64,000 nt of DNA from Rhodocyclaceae bacterium (GCA_050303815.1 JBNLCM010000106.1:4938-68937); one strand, 5' to 3'; positions 1-9,673 are shown, numbered from the stretch's first letter. Notes: generated from the letters alone by a model not told the origin. Numbers and translations are program-made.

Positions 1-191
1 ACCGTCCGGCGATTGCTGCGCAACAGACCCTGTCGATGCTGCAGGGGCGGGATCGCCTGTGGTTCGCCGGCGCCTGGATGGGGTATGGCTTTCACGAGGA
101 TGGCGTGCGCTCCGCGCTGGCCGTCGCCTCGGCCCTCGGCGCACCGGCACCGTGGCGGGGCGGGCTGCCGGCCCTCGAGGTTGCCCGGTGA
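1..191 (+). CDS. FAD/NAD(P)-binding oxidoreductase (UfaD/RSP1091-like), 3' end only
   Basis: Frame 3 reads ...LQGRDRLWFAGAWMGYGFHEDGVRSALAVA...VAR*, with the GYGFHEDG C-terminal motif. Stop at 189-191 overlaps the next GTG. Not in the ORF track. Confidence 0.85.
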   Translation, partial: RPAIAAQQTLSMLQGRDRLWFAGAWMGYGFHEDGVRSALAVASALGAPAPWRGGLPALEVAR

Positions 192-964
192 CCGCCCTGG
201 CCTTCCCGCCGGGCGTGAGCTTTGGCGCCGTGATGCATCGTCGGCGGCTGCCCGTACCGCATCGCTTCGTCTATCCCGCCGCTGCGCTGAGACTCCCCCT
301 GTCCCGGCTCGATCGCTTGTCCGTGCCTTGGCTGGGAATCGATCGTGCGCACATCTTCTCGTTCCGCAGCGCGGACCACGGCCCGCGCGACGGCAGCGCC
401 TTGCTGCCCTGGATCCGGGGTCTGCTCGAGGCCAACGGACTGGACGCGGCGTGCGATGGCGAGGTGGTCCTGCAGACCTTGCCACGCCAGTTCGGCTACG
501 TCTTCAACCCGGTGAGCTTCTGGTTCTGCCACGGGCAGGACGGCACGCTGAGGGTCGTCCTGGCGGAGGTGAATAACACCTTCGGCGAGCACCACGGCTA
601 CCTCGTACACCACCCCGATCGCCGTCCCATTGCCAGCGGTGAGTCGCTGCGGGCACGCAAGTGCTTCCACGTCTCGCCCTTTCTGCCCGTCCGTGGCGAG
701 TATCGCTTCCGCTTCGATTTCGGCCCGGGCGGGCAGTCGGTGTCGGTCGACGTCCTCGACGGCGGTGCCGAGATCCTGAACACCCGCATCGGTGGCCGGC
801 TTGAGCCCCTTGCGGGGGCGGCGATGCGGCGCTGGCTTGTCCGGTTTCCGTGGATGACCGCGGCGGTGATCGTCCGGATTCACTGGCAGGCGCTGCTGTT
901 GTGGTGGCGTCGCGTGCCATTTCATCGAAAACCCCAACCCCCGACTGAGGAATTCTCCCGATGA
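188..964 (+). CDS. DUF1365 family protein (UfaO/RSP1090-like)
   Basis: Motifs VMHRR..P..HRFVY, GYVFNPVSFWFC, AEVNNTFGE, FHVSPF, IHWQAL. GTG start coupled to the upstream stop (GTGA). Confidence 0.88.
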   Translation: MTALAFPPGVSFGAVMHRRRLPVPHRFVYPAAALRLPLSRLDRLSVPWLGIDRAHIFSFRSADHGPRDGSALLPWIRGLLEANGLDAACDGEVVLQTLPRQFGYVFNPVSFWFCHGQDGTLRVVLAEVNNTFGEHHGYLVHHPDRRPIASGESLRARKCFHVSPFLPVRGEYRFRFDFGPGGQSVSVDVLDGGAEILNTRIGGRLEPLAGAAMRRWLVRFPWMTAAVIVRIHWQALLLWWRRVPFHRKPQPPTEEFSR

Positions 965-2208
965 CAGCCATTCAAGACTCCCTGCGCCCATCGGTCATGC
1001 ATGGCGCCCTGCAGGGCCCCAGATCCCTTTCCGGCGTGACGCGGCGCGCGACGCGCCTGGCGGTGGACCTGCTGGCCCGCCTTGAGGGGGGCGCGCTCCG
1101 GCTTTGGCTACCGGGGCACGCGCCAATGATCCTGGGCAGTGGCGAAGTCCAGTGCGACTGGATCGTCCAGGACGATGCCGTTTTCGAGCGGATCTTCGCC
1201 TGCGGCGACATTGCGTTGGGCGAGGGCTATATGGACGGCCTCTGGCAGGCGGACGACCTGGCCGGGCTGCTGCGCCTGTTCGCGGCCAATCGCGGGGTGT
1301 TGGCGCGGGCCATCCACGGCCGACCGCTGGCGATGCTGGGCCATTGGCTGCAGCACCGCCTGCGTGCCAATACGCGACGCGGGTCGCGACGCAACATCGA
1401 GGCGCACTATGACCTTGGCAACGATTTCTACGCGCTCTGGCTGGACAGCTCCATGTCGTACTCGAGCGCGCTGTTCGCGCCCGGCGAGGACAGCCTCCTC
1501 GCAGCCCAGGCGCGCAAGCTCGATCGTGTCCTCGACCGGCTCGATCCGAAACCGGGGGAGACGATCCTGGAAATCGGCTGTGGCTGGGGCGGACTGGCGG
1601 AGCGTGCGGCGTTGACGCGGGGCTGTCGGGTGCTCGGGCTCACGCTGTCGCGGGAGCAGCTGGACTACGCCCGGCGTCGTGCCCGGCGGAGTGGATTCGA
1701 GCACCTCGTCGACTTTGCCCTGTGCGACTACCGCGACGTGCGGGGCCGCTACGACCACATCGTCTCCATCGAGATGGTCGAGGCCGTCGGCGAACGCTTC
1801 TGGCCGGTGTGGTTCGAGCAGGTCTCGCAGCGTCTCAGACCGGGCGGCAAGGCGCTGGTCCAGTCGATCACCATCGACGAGCGGCTGTTCGATTCCTATC
1901 GCCGCGGTACCGACTTCATCCAGCGCTACATCTTCCCAGGCGGCATGCTGCCGACGGTCCGGCGCTTCGAAGCCGAGGCCGGCGCGGCCGGTCTGGCCGT
2001 CTCGGACGACCTCGACTTCGGTCGCGACTACGCCCGCACGCTGCGTGCCTGGCGGGAGGCCTTCGATGCCCACCCCGATGCGTTGCGGGAGAAGGGCTAC
2101 GACGAGCGCTTCCAGCGCATGTGGCGTTTCTATCTGGCTTACTGCGAAGCCGGCTTCGCGTGCGGAGATCTGGATGTGCACCAGTTCGAACTGCAGCACG
2201 CCGGCTAG
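961..2208 (+). CDS. cfa: Cyclopropane-fatty-acyl-phospholipid synthase family SAM methyltransferase
   Basis: NIEAHYDLGNDFY, LEIGCGWG, SIEMVEAVG, FIQRYIFPGGMLP, RMWRFYLAYCEAGF. Confidence 0.9.
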   Translation: MTAIQDSLRPSVMHGALQGPRSLSGVTRRATRLAVDLLARLEGGALRLWLPGHAPMILGSGEVQCDWIVQDDAVFERIFACGDIALGEGYMDGLWQADDLAGLLRLFAANRGVLARAIHGRPLAMLGHWLQHRLRANTRRGSRRNIEAHYDLGNDFYALWLDSSMSYSSALFAPGEDSLLAAQARKLDRVLDRLDPKPGETILEIGCGWGGLAERAALTRGCRVLGLTLSREQLDYARRRARRSGFEHLVDFALCDYRDVRGRYDHIVSIEMVEAVGERFWPVWFEQVSQRLRPGGKALVQSITIDERLFDSYRRGTDFIQRYIFPGGMLPTVRRFEAEAGAAGLAVSDDLDFGRDYARTLRAWREAFDAHPDALREKGYDERFQRMWRFYLAYCEAGFACGDLDVHQFELQHAG

Positions 2209-2740
2209 GCTGGGGCGGGCCCTGTGCCTGACGCTGTGCCTCGTGGCCGGCGCGGCGGGGGCGGTGGATCTGCCCGGCGCGCTGGTGGGGGGAGACTGGC
2301 GTCGGCTGGGGACGGGAACCGCCCGATGGCTCGGCCTTCACCTCTACGACGCGGCCCTGTGGGGGCCGCGGGCCGGGTTCAGCTGGTCGCGCCCCTTCGC
2401 ACTGTCGTTGCGCTACGCACGGGACTTCAGCCGGGAGCGGCTGGCGGCGTCTAGCATCGACGAGATCCGCCGGCTGGGCGAGACCGACGAGCGCCGCCTG
2501 TCGCAGTGGCAGGATCAGCTGGAGCAGGCCTTCGTCGATGTGGAGGCCGGCGATGTGCTGGTCGGTCAGTTCGAGCCAGCCGTCGGCGCCCGCTTCTATG
2601 CAGGGGGGAGTCTGCACGCAGAGATCGCAGATCCCGACCTCGCGCGGCGCTTCTTCGGCATCTGGCTTGATCCTCGAACGCGCGAACCCGCCCTGCGTGA
2701 GCGCCTGCTGGGAGAGACCGTTGACCGCCGTGCCAATTGA
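2174..2740 (+). CDS. Chalcone isomerase-like secreted protein
   Basis: C-terminal part of track ORF 1679..2740. Signal-like N-terminus; G.GTARWLGLHLYDAALW, LRYARDF, FFGIWLDPRTREPALRERLLG. Start chosen at the ATG after GGAGA. Confidence 0.75.
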   Translation: MCTSSNCSTPARLGRALCLTLCLVAGAAGAVDLPGALVGGDWRRLGTGTARWLGLHLYDAALWGPRAGFSWSRPFALSLRYARDFSRERLAASSIDEIRRLGETDERRLSQWQDQLEQAFVDVEAGDVLVGQFEPAVGARFYAGGSLHAEIADPDLARRFFGIWLDPRTREPALRERLLGETVDRRAN

Positions 2741-4004
2741 ACGACCGGGGGTACCCCTCGGCCGGCGTGCCGGCCTGGCCGCCTACGGATTGCTGGGCCT
2801 GCCCCTCGCCTTTGCGGCGCTCCCGGTCTACGTCCACGTGCCTCAGCTGTATGGCTCGGTGCTGGGCCTTCCGCTGGCGACCGTGGGCGGTGTGCTGCTG
2901 GCCTGCCGTGTCGTGGATGCCGTCACCGACCCGGTGATCGGCTGGTTCAGTGATCGCATCGCCGACCGTCGGCGCCTGAGCCTGGCTGGCCTGCCCCTGC
3001 TCGCCGCCGGACTGGTGTTGTTGCTCGCGCCACCCGCCGGCGCGGGCACAGGGTGGCTGGTGGTGTCGCTCCTGCTCGCCACGCTGGGCTATTCGATGAG
3101 CACGATCAACCACACGGCGTGGGCGGCAGAACTTGGGCGCGATCGCCAGGAGCGGTCGTCGGCGATCGCCGCGCGGGAGGGTTTCGGCCTACTCGGTGTC
3201 GTCGTCGCGGCGGCCCTGCCGGGGCTGATCGCCGCTGACGCTGCCACGGGCCTGGCAAGGCTGGCGTGGCTGTTCGTGCCGCTGGTCCTGGTGGCTGCCT
3301 GGGTTTGTGCCCGCTGGGCCCCCCGCGGACGGCGGGTCGTTCGCGAGCGGGCTTCGCCGCTTGCGGCGTGGCGCGGCGCCCTGTCGCTGCGGCCGATACG
3401 GCGCCTGCTGGTCCTGCTCGCGGTCAGTGGCGTGGCGGCCGCGGTGCCGTCGGCGACGGTGATGTTCTTCATCGCGGACGTGCTGGGCGCCGGCCACCTC
3501 GCCGGAGGCTTTCTGGCGCTCTACTTCCTCTCCGGCGCGGCCGGCCTGCCGCTCTGGCTCCGGCTGGCCAGGCGGTTCGGCAAGGCGGGCGCGTGGATGG
3601 GTGCGATGGTCCTGGCGATGGGCGTCTTTGGCTGGGCGGCGACGTTGGGCGTCGGGGACGTCGGCCAGTACGCGCTCATCTGCGCCTTGTCCGGGCTTGC
3701 GCTGGGGGCCGACCTCGCGCTGCCGCCCGCCATCCTGTCGGACCGGCTCGCCAGCGGCGATCCGGATGCCCGCGGGGGGACCTGGTTCGGCCTGTGGAAC
3801 CTGGTGACCAAGGCCAGTCTCGCCCTCGCCGCGGGCCTGGCCCTGCCGCTGCTCGCCTGGCTCGGTTACCGGACAGGCGCAAGCGACGCGCAGGGGCTGG
3901 AAGCCCTGGCGTGGGTATATGGCGCGCTGCCGCTGGCCTTCAAGGCAGGCGCCCTTGCCCTGCTGGTGTGCTGGCGGGGCGATTTCGCGGAGGAGGGGGC
4001 ATGA
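2721..4004 (+). CDS. MFS transporter (GPH/MelB-like)
   Basis: Many TM segments; ALPVYVHVPQLY, DAVTDPVIGWFSD, GLALGADLALPPA. TTG start after GGAG; start uncertain. Confidence 0.82.
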   Translation: MTAVPIERPGVPLGRRAGLAAYGLLGLPLAFAALPVYVHVPQLYGSVLGLPLATVGGVLLACRVVDAVTDPVIGWFSDRIADRRRLSLAGLPLLAAGLVLLLAPPAGAGTGWLVVSLLLATLGYSMSTINHTAWAAELGRDRQERSSAIAAREGFGLLGVVVAAALPGLIAADAATGLARLAWLFVPLVLVAAWVCARWAPRGRRVVRERASPLAAWRGALSLRPIRRLLVLLAVSGVAAAVPSATVMFFIADVLGAGHLAGGFLALYFLSGAAGLPLWLRLARRFGKAGAWMGAMVLAMGVFGWAATLGVGDVGQYALICALSGLALGADLALPPAILSDRLASGDPDARGGTWFGLWNLVTKASLALAAGLALPLLAWLGYRTGASDAQGLEALAWVYGALPLAFKAGALALLVCWRGDFAEEGA

Positions 4005-4555
4005 GCATTCGCTTGCTGATGGTCGGGCTGTTGGGTCTCGCAGGGTGTGGATCGATCGATGTCGCCCGCTACGCCGACGAGACCCCGGCGCTCGATCTGC
4101 GCGCGTACTTCGACGGAACGATCGACGCCCACGGCATGTTCCAGGACCGCTCGGGCGAGGTGGTGAAGCGCTTCACCGTGCGGATCGACGCGCACTGGCA
4201 GGGTGACGTCGGCGTGATCGACGAGCGTTTCGTTTTTGCGGACGGCTCTAAGCAACGCCGCGTCTGGCAGATCGCCTACCTCGGCGACGGCCGCTACGAG
4301 GGGCGTGCCGACGATGTCATCGGCGTCGCCACCGGACGCGCGGCGGGCAACGCGCTGCACTGGCGCTATGTGCTGGCGCTGCCGGTGGGCGAGCGCACCG
4401 TCGAGGTCGAGTTCGATGACTGGATGTTCCTGGTCGACGAGCGCGTGATGCTCAATCGATCGGAGATGCGCAAGTTCGGTGTGCGCCTGGGCGAGGTGAC
4501 GCTCAGCTTCTCCAAGCGGGAGGTGGAAAATGGCGCTCAACCCGCGCATCCGTGA
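4001..4555 (+). CDS. DUF3833 family lipoprotein
   Basis: Lipobox LAGC; LDLRAYFDG, FQDRSGEVVKRFTV, FDDWMFLVD. RBS GGAGG upstream. Confidence 0.88.
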   Translation: MSIRLLMVGLLGLAGCGSIDVARYADETPALDLRAYFDGTIDAHGMFQDRSGEVVKRFTVRIDAHWQGDVGVIDERFVFADGSKQRRVWQIAYLGDGRYEGRADDVIGVATGRAAGNALHWRYVLALPVGERTVEVEFDDWMFLVDERVMLNRSEMRKFGVRLGEVTLSFSKREVENGAQPAHP

Positions 4556-5300
4556 CTGGCGGGGCCGGCGGGTCTGGATCGTCGGCGCTTCGTCGGGGAT
4601 CGGCGCCGCCCTGGCGCGCCGGCTGGGGGCCCTGGGCGCGCGGGTGGCGATCTCCGCGCGCAACGCTGCGCGCCTGCTGACGGTCGCCGAGGCCGCGGGC
4701 GACATCCGCCCGATTCCGATGGACGTCACCGCACCGGGCGCCTTCCCGCACGCATGCGACCGACTGCTGGACGAGTGGGGGGGCATCGATCTGGTCGTCC
4801 TCAACGCCGGGTTCTACGAGCCGCTGCGTGCGTGGGAGTTGTCGCCCGAGCGGACGCGCCGGACGCTGGACGTGAATCTGATGGCGGTCTACGACGGCGT
4901 CGCCGCGGTGTTGCCGGCGCTGGAGTCGAGCGGGGGCGGTCTGGTCCTGACCGGCAGCGTCGCCGGCTACGGCGGCTTGCCGCGGGCAACGACCTACGGC
5001 CCCGGCAAGGCGGCGCTGATCAACCTGGCCGAGATCCTCTACCTGGATCTCGCGCCGCGCGGCGTGGCGGTCTGGATCGTCAATCCGGGCTTCGTCCATA
5101 CGCCCCTGACGGAACAGAACGACTTCGCCATGCCGGCGCTCGTGTCCGCGGAAGCGGCGGCCGCCGACATCGTGCGTGGCCTCGGCGCCGGCGGTTTCGA
5201 GATTCATTTTCCCCGGCGCTTCACGTGGGTCATGAAAGCGCTGAGCGCCTTGCCCTACCGCCTGTACTTTCCACTGGTGCGCAAGGTGACCGGCACGTGA
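4530..5300 (+). CDS. SDR family oxidoreductase
   Basis: GASSGIG, NAG, YGPGKAA (YxxxK), PGFVHTPLT. Confidence 0.9.
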   Translation: MALNPRIRDWRGRRVWIVGASSGIGAALARRLGALGARVAISARNAARLLTVAEAAGDIRPIPMDVTAPGAFPHACDRLLDEWGGIDLVVLNAGFYEPLRAWELSPERTRRTLDVNLMAVYDGVAAVLPALESSGGGLVLTGSVAGYGGLPRATTYGPGKAALINLAEILYLDLAPRGVAVWIVNPGFVHTPLTEQNDFAMPALVSAEAAAADIVRGLGAGGFEIHFPRRFTWVMKALSALPYRLYFPLVRKVTGT

Positions 5301-5728
5301 GCCCGGAGCTCGAGCGGCTGGTTCGCTTCTACGAGACGCTGGGGCCCGATGCGCTCGAGGCCTCGCTGGCGGGCGTCTACGCCGAGCAGGCGAGCTTCTC
5401 GGATCCTTTCAGTGCCGTTGTCGGGCGGGCGGCCATTGCCGGCATCTTCCGCCATATGTTCAGCGCGCTCGAGTCACCCCGCTTCGAGGTCGTCGAGACG
5501 TGGCAACAGGCGCGCGTGGCCGTGATCCGTTGGGTCTTCGAGTTCCACTTTCGCGGCCATGGCGAGCCCGTCATCGTCGAGGGGATGACGCGGGTGGTCT
5601 TCGATCCGGACGGGCGCGTCGCCGAGCATGTCGATCACTGGGATGCCTCCAGCCAGTTTTATACAAGACTTCCTTTCGTGGGCTGGGCCATGCGCCTCCT
5701 GCGACGACTCGTTTGTGCCCGTCGCTGA
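5297..5728 (+). CDS. SnoaL-like / NTF2 family protein
   Basis: YAEQASFSDPF, HMFSALESPRF, HVDHWDAS. GTGA coupling with the SDR stop. Confidence 0.82.
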   Translation: MSPELERLVRFYETLGPDALEASLAGVYAEQASFSDPFSAVVGRAAIAGIFRHMFSALESPRFEVVETWQQARVAVIRWVFEFHFRGHGEPVIVEGMTRVVFDPDGRVAEHVDHWDASSQFYTRLPFVGWAMRLLRRLVCARR

Positions 5729-5800
5729 TGTGCATGTGCAGCGAAACAGCCGCGCACGGGTAGGCAATCTGGCGCTTAGCGTATTTTGCGCTGCAGCACT

Positions 5801-5814
5801 TTGATTTTTATCAA
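5801..5814. promoter_or_regulatory. FNR/Anr-family binding box
   Basis: TTGAT-TTTT-ATCAA is a perfect TTGAT-N4-ATCAA match, in an AT-rich patch upstream of coxB. Confidence 0.75.
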
Positions 5815-6037
5815 AAAACGCCTTGCGACCGCCAAAACGGGTGTGGCATGATCGATCGCAGTCTTCGGAAAGCCGCACCGGGCAAGGTTTCCCGCCCAAT
5901 CCGGAGAAGATGGTCGCTGCTGGCGCAAGTGGGATTTTGGTTCGACGTACCCGTTGCCGCATCGTGATGTCGACGCTGACGGGCTTCCGATCTGACCGGA
6001 GCTTGCGCCCCCTGATGACACTGGATGGGGGTTGCGC

Positions 6038-7165
6038 ATGAGCGTGTTGGCTCGTCTTGCAGTATCCGTTCCGGCCCTGTTCGCGGCCAGTCACTCGTGG
6101 GCGGGTGAAATCAACCTGCAGCCCCCGGTGACGACGATCGCCGGCCAGATCTACGACATGCACACCTTGATGCTCTTGATCTGCCTGGTCATTTTCATCG
6201 CGGTGTTCGGCGTGATGTTCTGGTCGGTGTACGCGCACCGCAAGTCGCGGGGTGCCGTGGCGGCCAACTTCCACGAGAACACCACCGTCGAGATCGCCTG
6301 GACGATCGTCCCCGTCCTGATCCTGCTGGGCATGGCCTATCCCGCGACCCGCACGGTGATCGCGATGAAGGACACCTCCGACCCCGATATCACCATCAAG
6401 GCCACCGGCTACCAGTGGAAGTGGGGCTACGACTACCTGAAGGGCGAGGGGGAAGGTATCCGCTTCGTCTCGGCGCTCTCCACCCCGCAGGAACAGATCG
6501 ACGGGCGTGCGGAGAAGGGCGAGCACTACCTGCTGGAGGTGGACAATCCGGTGGTGGTCCCGGTGGGCAAGAAGATCCGCATCCTGACCACCGCCAATGA
6601 CGTCATTCACGCCTGGTGGATTCCCGCCTTCGGCGTCAAGCAGGATGCCATCCCCGGCTTCATTCGCGATACGTGGTTCAAGGCCGAGCAACTCGGGGTG
6701 TTTCGTGGCAACTGTGCCGAGTTGTGCGGCAAGGACCACGGCTTCATGCCGATCGAGGTGCACGTGGTGTCCCAGGCGGACTACACGGCCTGGGTGGCCG
6801 CGCAGCAGGCCGCGATGGCCAGCACGATGGACGACCCCGCCAGGCAGTGGTCGCTCGATGAACTGGTCGCGCGTGGCGAGAAGGTCTTCGCGGCCAACTG
6901 CGCGGCCTGTCATCAGGCCAACGGCCAGGGGGTTCCGCCAGCCTTCCCGCCGCTCGATGGCGCGGCGATCGTGCTGGGCCCCAAGGATGCCCAGATCGCG
7001 ACTGTGCTTCACGGACGGCCCGGTACCGCAATGGCAGCCTTCGGCCAGCAGCTGTCCGACACCGATATCGCCGCCGTGATCACCTATACACGCAACGCCT
7101 GGAGCAACAGCACGGGCGAGGCGATCGCCCCGGCAGACATCCAGAGCGCTCGCGCCACCAACTGA
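6038..7165 (+). CDS. coxB: Cytochrome c oxidase subunit II with C-terminal cytochrome c domain
   Basis: CuA ligands DVIHAW...CAELCGKDHGFM; C-terminal CAACH heme c motif. Confidence 0.95.
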   Translation: MSVLARLAVSVPALFAASHSWAGEINLQPPVTTIAGQIYDMHTLMLLICLVIFIAVFGVMFWSVYAHRKSRGAVAANFHENTTVEIAWTIVPVLILLGMAYPATRTVIAMKDTSDPDITIKATGYQWKWGYDYLKGEGEGIRFVSALSTPQEQIDGRAEKGEHYLLEVDNPVVVPVGKKIRILTTANDVIHAWWIPAFGVKQDAIPGFIRDTWFKAEQLGVFRGNCAELCGKDHGFMPIEVHVVSQADYTAWVAAQQAAMASTMDDPARQWSLDELVARGEKVFAANCAACHQANGQGVPPAFPPLDGAAIVLGPKDAQIATVLHGRPGTAMAAFGQQLSDTDIAAVITYTRNAWSNSTGEAIAPADIQSARATN

Positions 7166-7208
7166 CGTATCCCGCAGGGCAGCCGGACAACCGTACCCAG
7201 GAGGCAGC

Positions 7209-8786
7209 ATGGCAGCCGTAACCCCGGATCAGTTGCACCATCACCACCCGGGCCCGACCGGGCTGATGCGCTGGATCACGACGACGAACCACAAGGACAT
7301 CGGGACCATGTACCTGGTGTTCGCGCTGATGATGTTCTTCGCGGGCGGCGTGATGGCGCTGACGATCCGTGCCGAACTGTTCCAGCCGGGCCTGCAGGTG
7401 GTCCAGCCCGAGTTCTTCAATCAGCTGACCACGATGCACGGCCTGGTGATGGTCTTCGGCGCGATCATGCCGGCCTTCGTTGGCTTCGCGAACTGGCAGA
7501 TCCCGCTGATGATCGGCGCCTCGGACATGGCCTTCGCGCGGATGAACAACTGGAGCTTCTGGTTGCTGCCGCCCGCGGCGCTGCTCCTGGTGGGCTCGTT
7601 CTTCGTGCCGGGCGGCGCCACGGCCGCTGGCTGGACGCTCTACGCACCCCTGTCCGTCCAGATGGGCATGGGGATGGACATGGCCATCTTCGCGGTCCAC
7701 ATCATGGGCGTGAGCTCGATCATGGGTGCGATCAACATCGTCGTCACGATCCTCAACATGCGTGCCCCCGGCATGACCATGATGAAGATGCCCCTGTTCT
7801 GCTGGACGTGGCTGATCACCGCCTACCTGCTCATTGCCGTCATGCCGGTGCTGGCCGGTGCGGTGACGATGATCCTGACCGATCGCCACTTCGGTACGGC
7901 CTTCTTCAACGCGGCCGGCGGCGGTGATCCGGTGCTCTACCAGCACGTGTTCTGGTTCTTCGGGCATCCCGAGGTCTACATCATGATCCTGCCGGCCTTC
8001 GGCATCGTCAGCCAGATCATCCCGACCTTCGCCCGCAAGCCCCTCTTCGGCTATGCCTCGATGGTCTATGCGACCGCATCGATCGCGATTCTCTCGTTCG
8101 TGGTCTGGGCCCACCACATGTTCACCACCGGCATGCCGGCGGCCACCCAGTTGTTCTTCATGTACGCGACGATGCTGATCGCGGTGCCGACTGGCGTGAA
8201 GGTCTTCAACTGGGTCGCCACGATGTGGCGCGGCTCGATGACCTTCGAGACCCCGATGCTCTTCGCCGTCGGCTTCATCTTCGTGTTCACGATGGGTGGC
8301 TTCACCGGTCTGATCTGCGCGATCGCGCCGATCGACATCCAGGTCCAGGACACCTATTACGTCGTGGCTCACTTCCACTACGTGCTCGTGGCCGGATCGC
8401 TCTTCGCGCTGTTTGCCGGCGCCTACTACTGGTTGCCGAAATGGACCGGCTACATGCCCTCCGAGACCATCGGCAAGTGGCACTTCTGGTGCTCCATCAT
8501 CTTCTTCAACGTCACCTTTTTCCCGATGCACTTCCTCGGCCTTGCCGGCATGCCGCGCCGCATCCCGGATTACGGTCTGCAGTTCGCCGACTTCAATGCC
8601 CTGGCCACGATCGGTGCCTTCGGCTTCGGTTTCTCGCAGCTGCTGTTCGTGCTCGCGATCGTGAAGTGCGTGCGCGGCGGCGAGCGCGCGGCGGCGCGGA
8701 GTTGGGAGGCCGCCGAAGGCCTGGAATGGACCGTACCCTCGCCGGCGCCCCACCATACCTTCGAAGAAGCTCCGGTGGTCCGCTGA
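7209..8786 (+). CDS. coxA: Cytochrome c oxidase subunit I (type A1)
   Basis: HKDIGTMY, WFFGHPEVYI, VWAHHM, AHFHY. Confidence 0.97.
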   Translation: MAAVTPDQLHHHHPGPTGLMRWITTTNHKDIGTMYLVFALMMFFAGGVMALTIRAELFQPGLQVVQPEFFNQLTTMHGLVMVFGAIMPAFVGFANWQIPLMIGASDMAFARMNNWSFWLLPPAALLLVGSFFVPGGATAAGWTLYAPLSVQMGMGMDMAIFAVHIMGVSSIMGAINIVVTILNMRAPGMTMMKMPLFCWTWLITAYLLIAVMPVLAGAVTMILTDRHFGTAFFNAAGGGDPVLYQHVFWFFGHPEVYIMILPAFGIVSQIIPTFARKPLFGYASMVYATASIAILSFVVWAHHMFTTGMPAATQLFFMYATMLIAVPTGVKVFNWVATMWRGSMTFETPMLFAVGFIFVFTMGGFTGLICAIAPIDIQVQDTYYVVAHFHYVLVAGSLFALFAGAYYWLPKWTGYMPSETIGKWHFWCSIIFFNVTFFPMHFLGLAGMPRRIPDYGLQFADFNALATIGAFGFGFSQLLFVLAIVKCVRGGERAAARSWEAAEGLEWTVPSPAPHHTFEEAPVVR

Positions 8787-8787
8787 G

Positions 8788-8904
8788 ATGCACATGGCCG
8801 ACGATCGACGTCCGCGCAACACCCGCTCCGCCCTGCTGCTGCTGGCACTGGCGGGCGTGTTCTTCGTCGGGATCATGATCAAGGTGGCGCTGGTCGGATT
8901 ATGA
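8788..8904 (+). CDS. Cytochrome oxidase small membrane (assembly) protein, 38 aa
   Basis: MHMADDRRPRNTRSALLLLALAGVFFVGIMIKVALVGL*: single TM; stop overlaps the ctaG ATG; below the ORF-track cutoff. Confidence 0.7.
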   Translation: MHMADDRRPRNTRSALLLLALAGVFFVGIMIKVALVGL

Positions 8905-9470
8905 GCCAGGCGAGCGACAACCGTTCCCTCCTCGTCCGCCTTGCGGTGGGTGCCTTTGCGATGTTCGGCTTCGGCTTCCTGCTGGTCCCCTTCTCCGACA
9001 CGATCTGCCGCGTTGCCGGGATCAATGACCTGGGGCGCAACACGAACCCGACCGTCACCAACACGCAGGTAGATACGTCGCGCCGCGTGACGATCGAATT
9101 CGACACCAACACCCACGACCTGGCCTGGCAGTTCCGGCCGGTGGATCGATCCGTCCAAGTGCATCCGGGCGAGCTGGTCCAGGTGGCCTTCGAAGTGATC
9201 AACACCCGTGACCACTCGGTGGCCGGCCAGGCAATACCCAGCTACGGGCCGCGCATCGCCGGCAAGCACGTACAGAAGCTCGACTGCTTCTGCTTCGAGC
9301 GTCAGACGCTGGAGGCGGGCGAGAAGCGGATCATGCCGGTGGTGTTCGTGCTGGATGCCGACCTGCCCGAGGACGTCACCACGGTGACCCTCTCCTACAC
9401 CTTCTTCGAGGTGGCGGGCACGCAGGCCGGCGTCGAAACCGGCTCGGTGCGTGGCGGGGGCGCCGGATGA
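8901..9470 (+). CDS. ctaG: Cytochrome c oxidase assembly protein CtaG/Cox11
   Basis: MFGFGFLLVP, GQAIPSY, KLDCFCFERQ, TLSYTFF. Confidence 0.93.
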   Translation: MSQASDNRSLLVRLAVGAFAMFGFGFLLVPFSDTICRVAGINDLGRNTNPTVTNTQVDTSRRVTIEFDTNTHDLAWQFRPVDRSVQVHPGELVQVAFEVINTRDHSVAGQAIPSYGPRIAGKHVQKLDCFCFERQTLEAGEKRIMPVVFVLDADLPEDVTTVTLSYTFFEVAGTQAGVETGSVRGGGAG

Positions 9471-9673
9471 TGGCCCAGGTGCCACAGCGGGCAGGTTTTC
9501 TGGCCACGATGCGGGCCGTGCTGTGGTCTTTCGTCGGCGTGCGCAAGCGCCGCGACTATCAGCACGACGCCGGTTCGCTGGATCCGAGGGCGGTCATCGT
9601 GGCCGGCATCCTCGGCGGGCTCGTATTCGTGTTGAGCCTGGTACTGGTGGTTTCCTGGGTGGTGCCGGGCTAG
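9467..9673 (+). CDS. DUF2970 family small membrane protein
   Basis: AVLWSFVGVRKRRDYQHD...VIVAGI; typical position in betaproteobacterial cox operons. Confidence 0.8.
   Translation: MMAQVPQRAGFLATMRAVLWSFVGVRKRRDYQHDAGSLDPRAVIVAGILGGLVFVLSLVLVVSWVVPG

Noticed and set aside
7080-9485. 801-aa minus-strand ORF
   Set aside because: Shadow of coxA/ctaG
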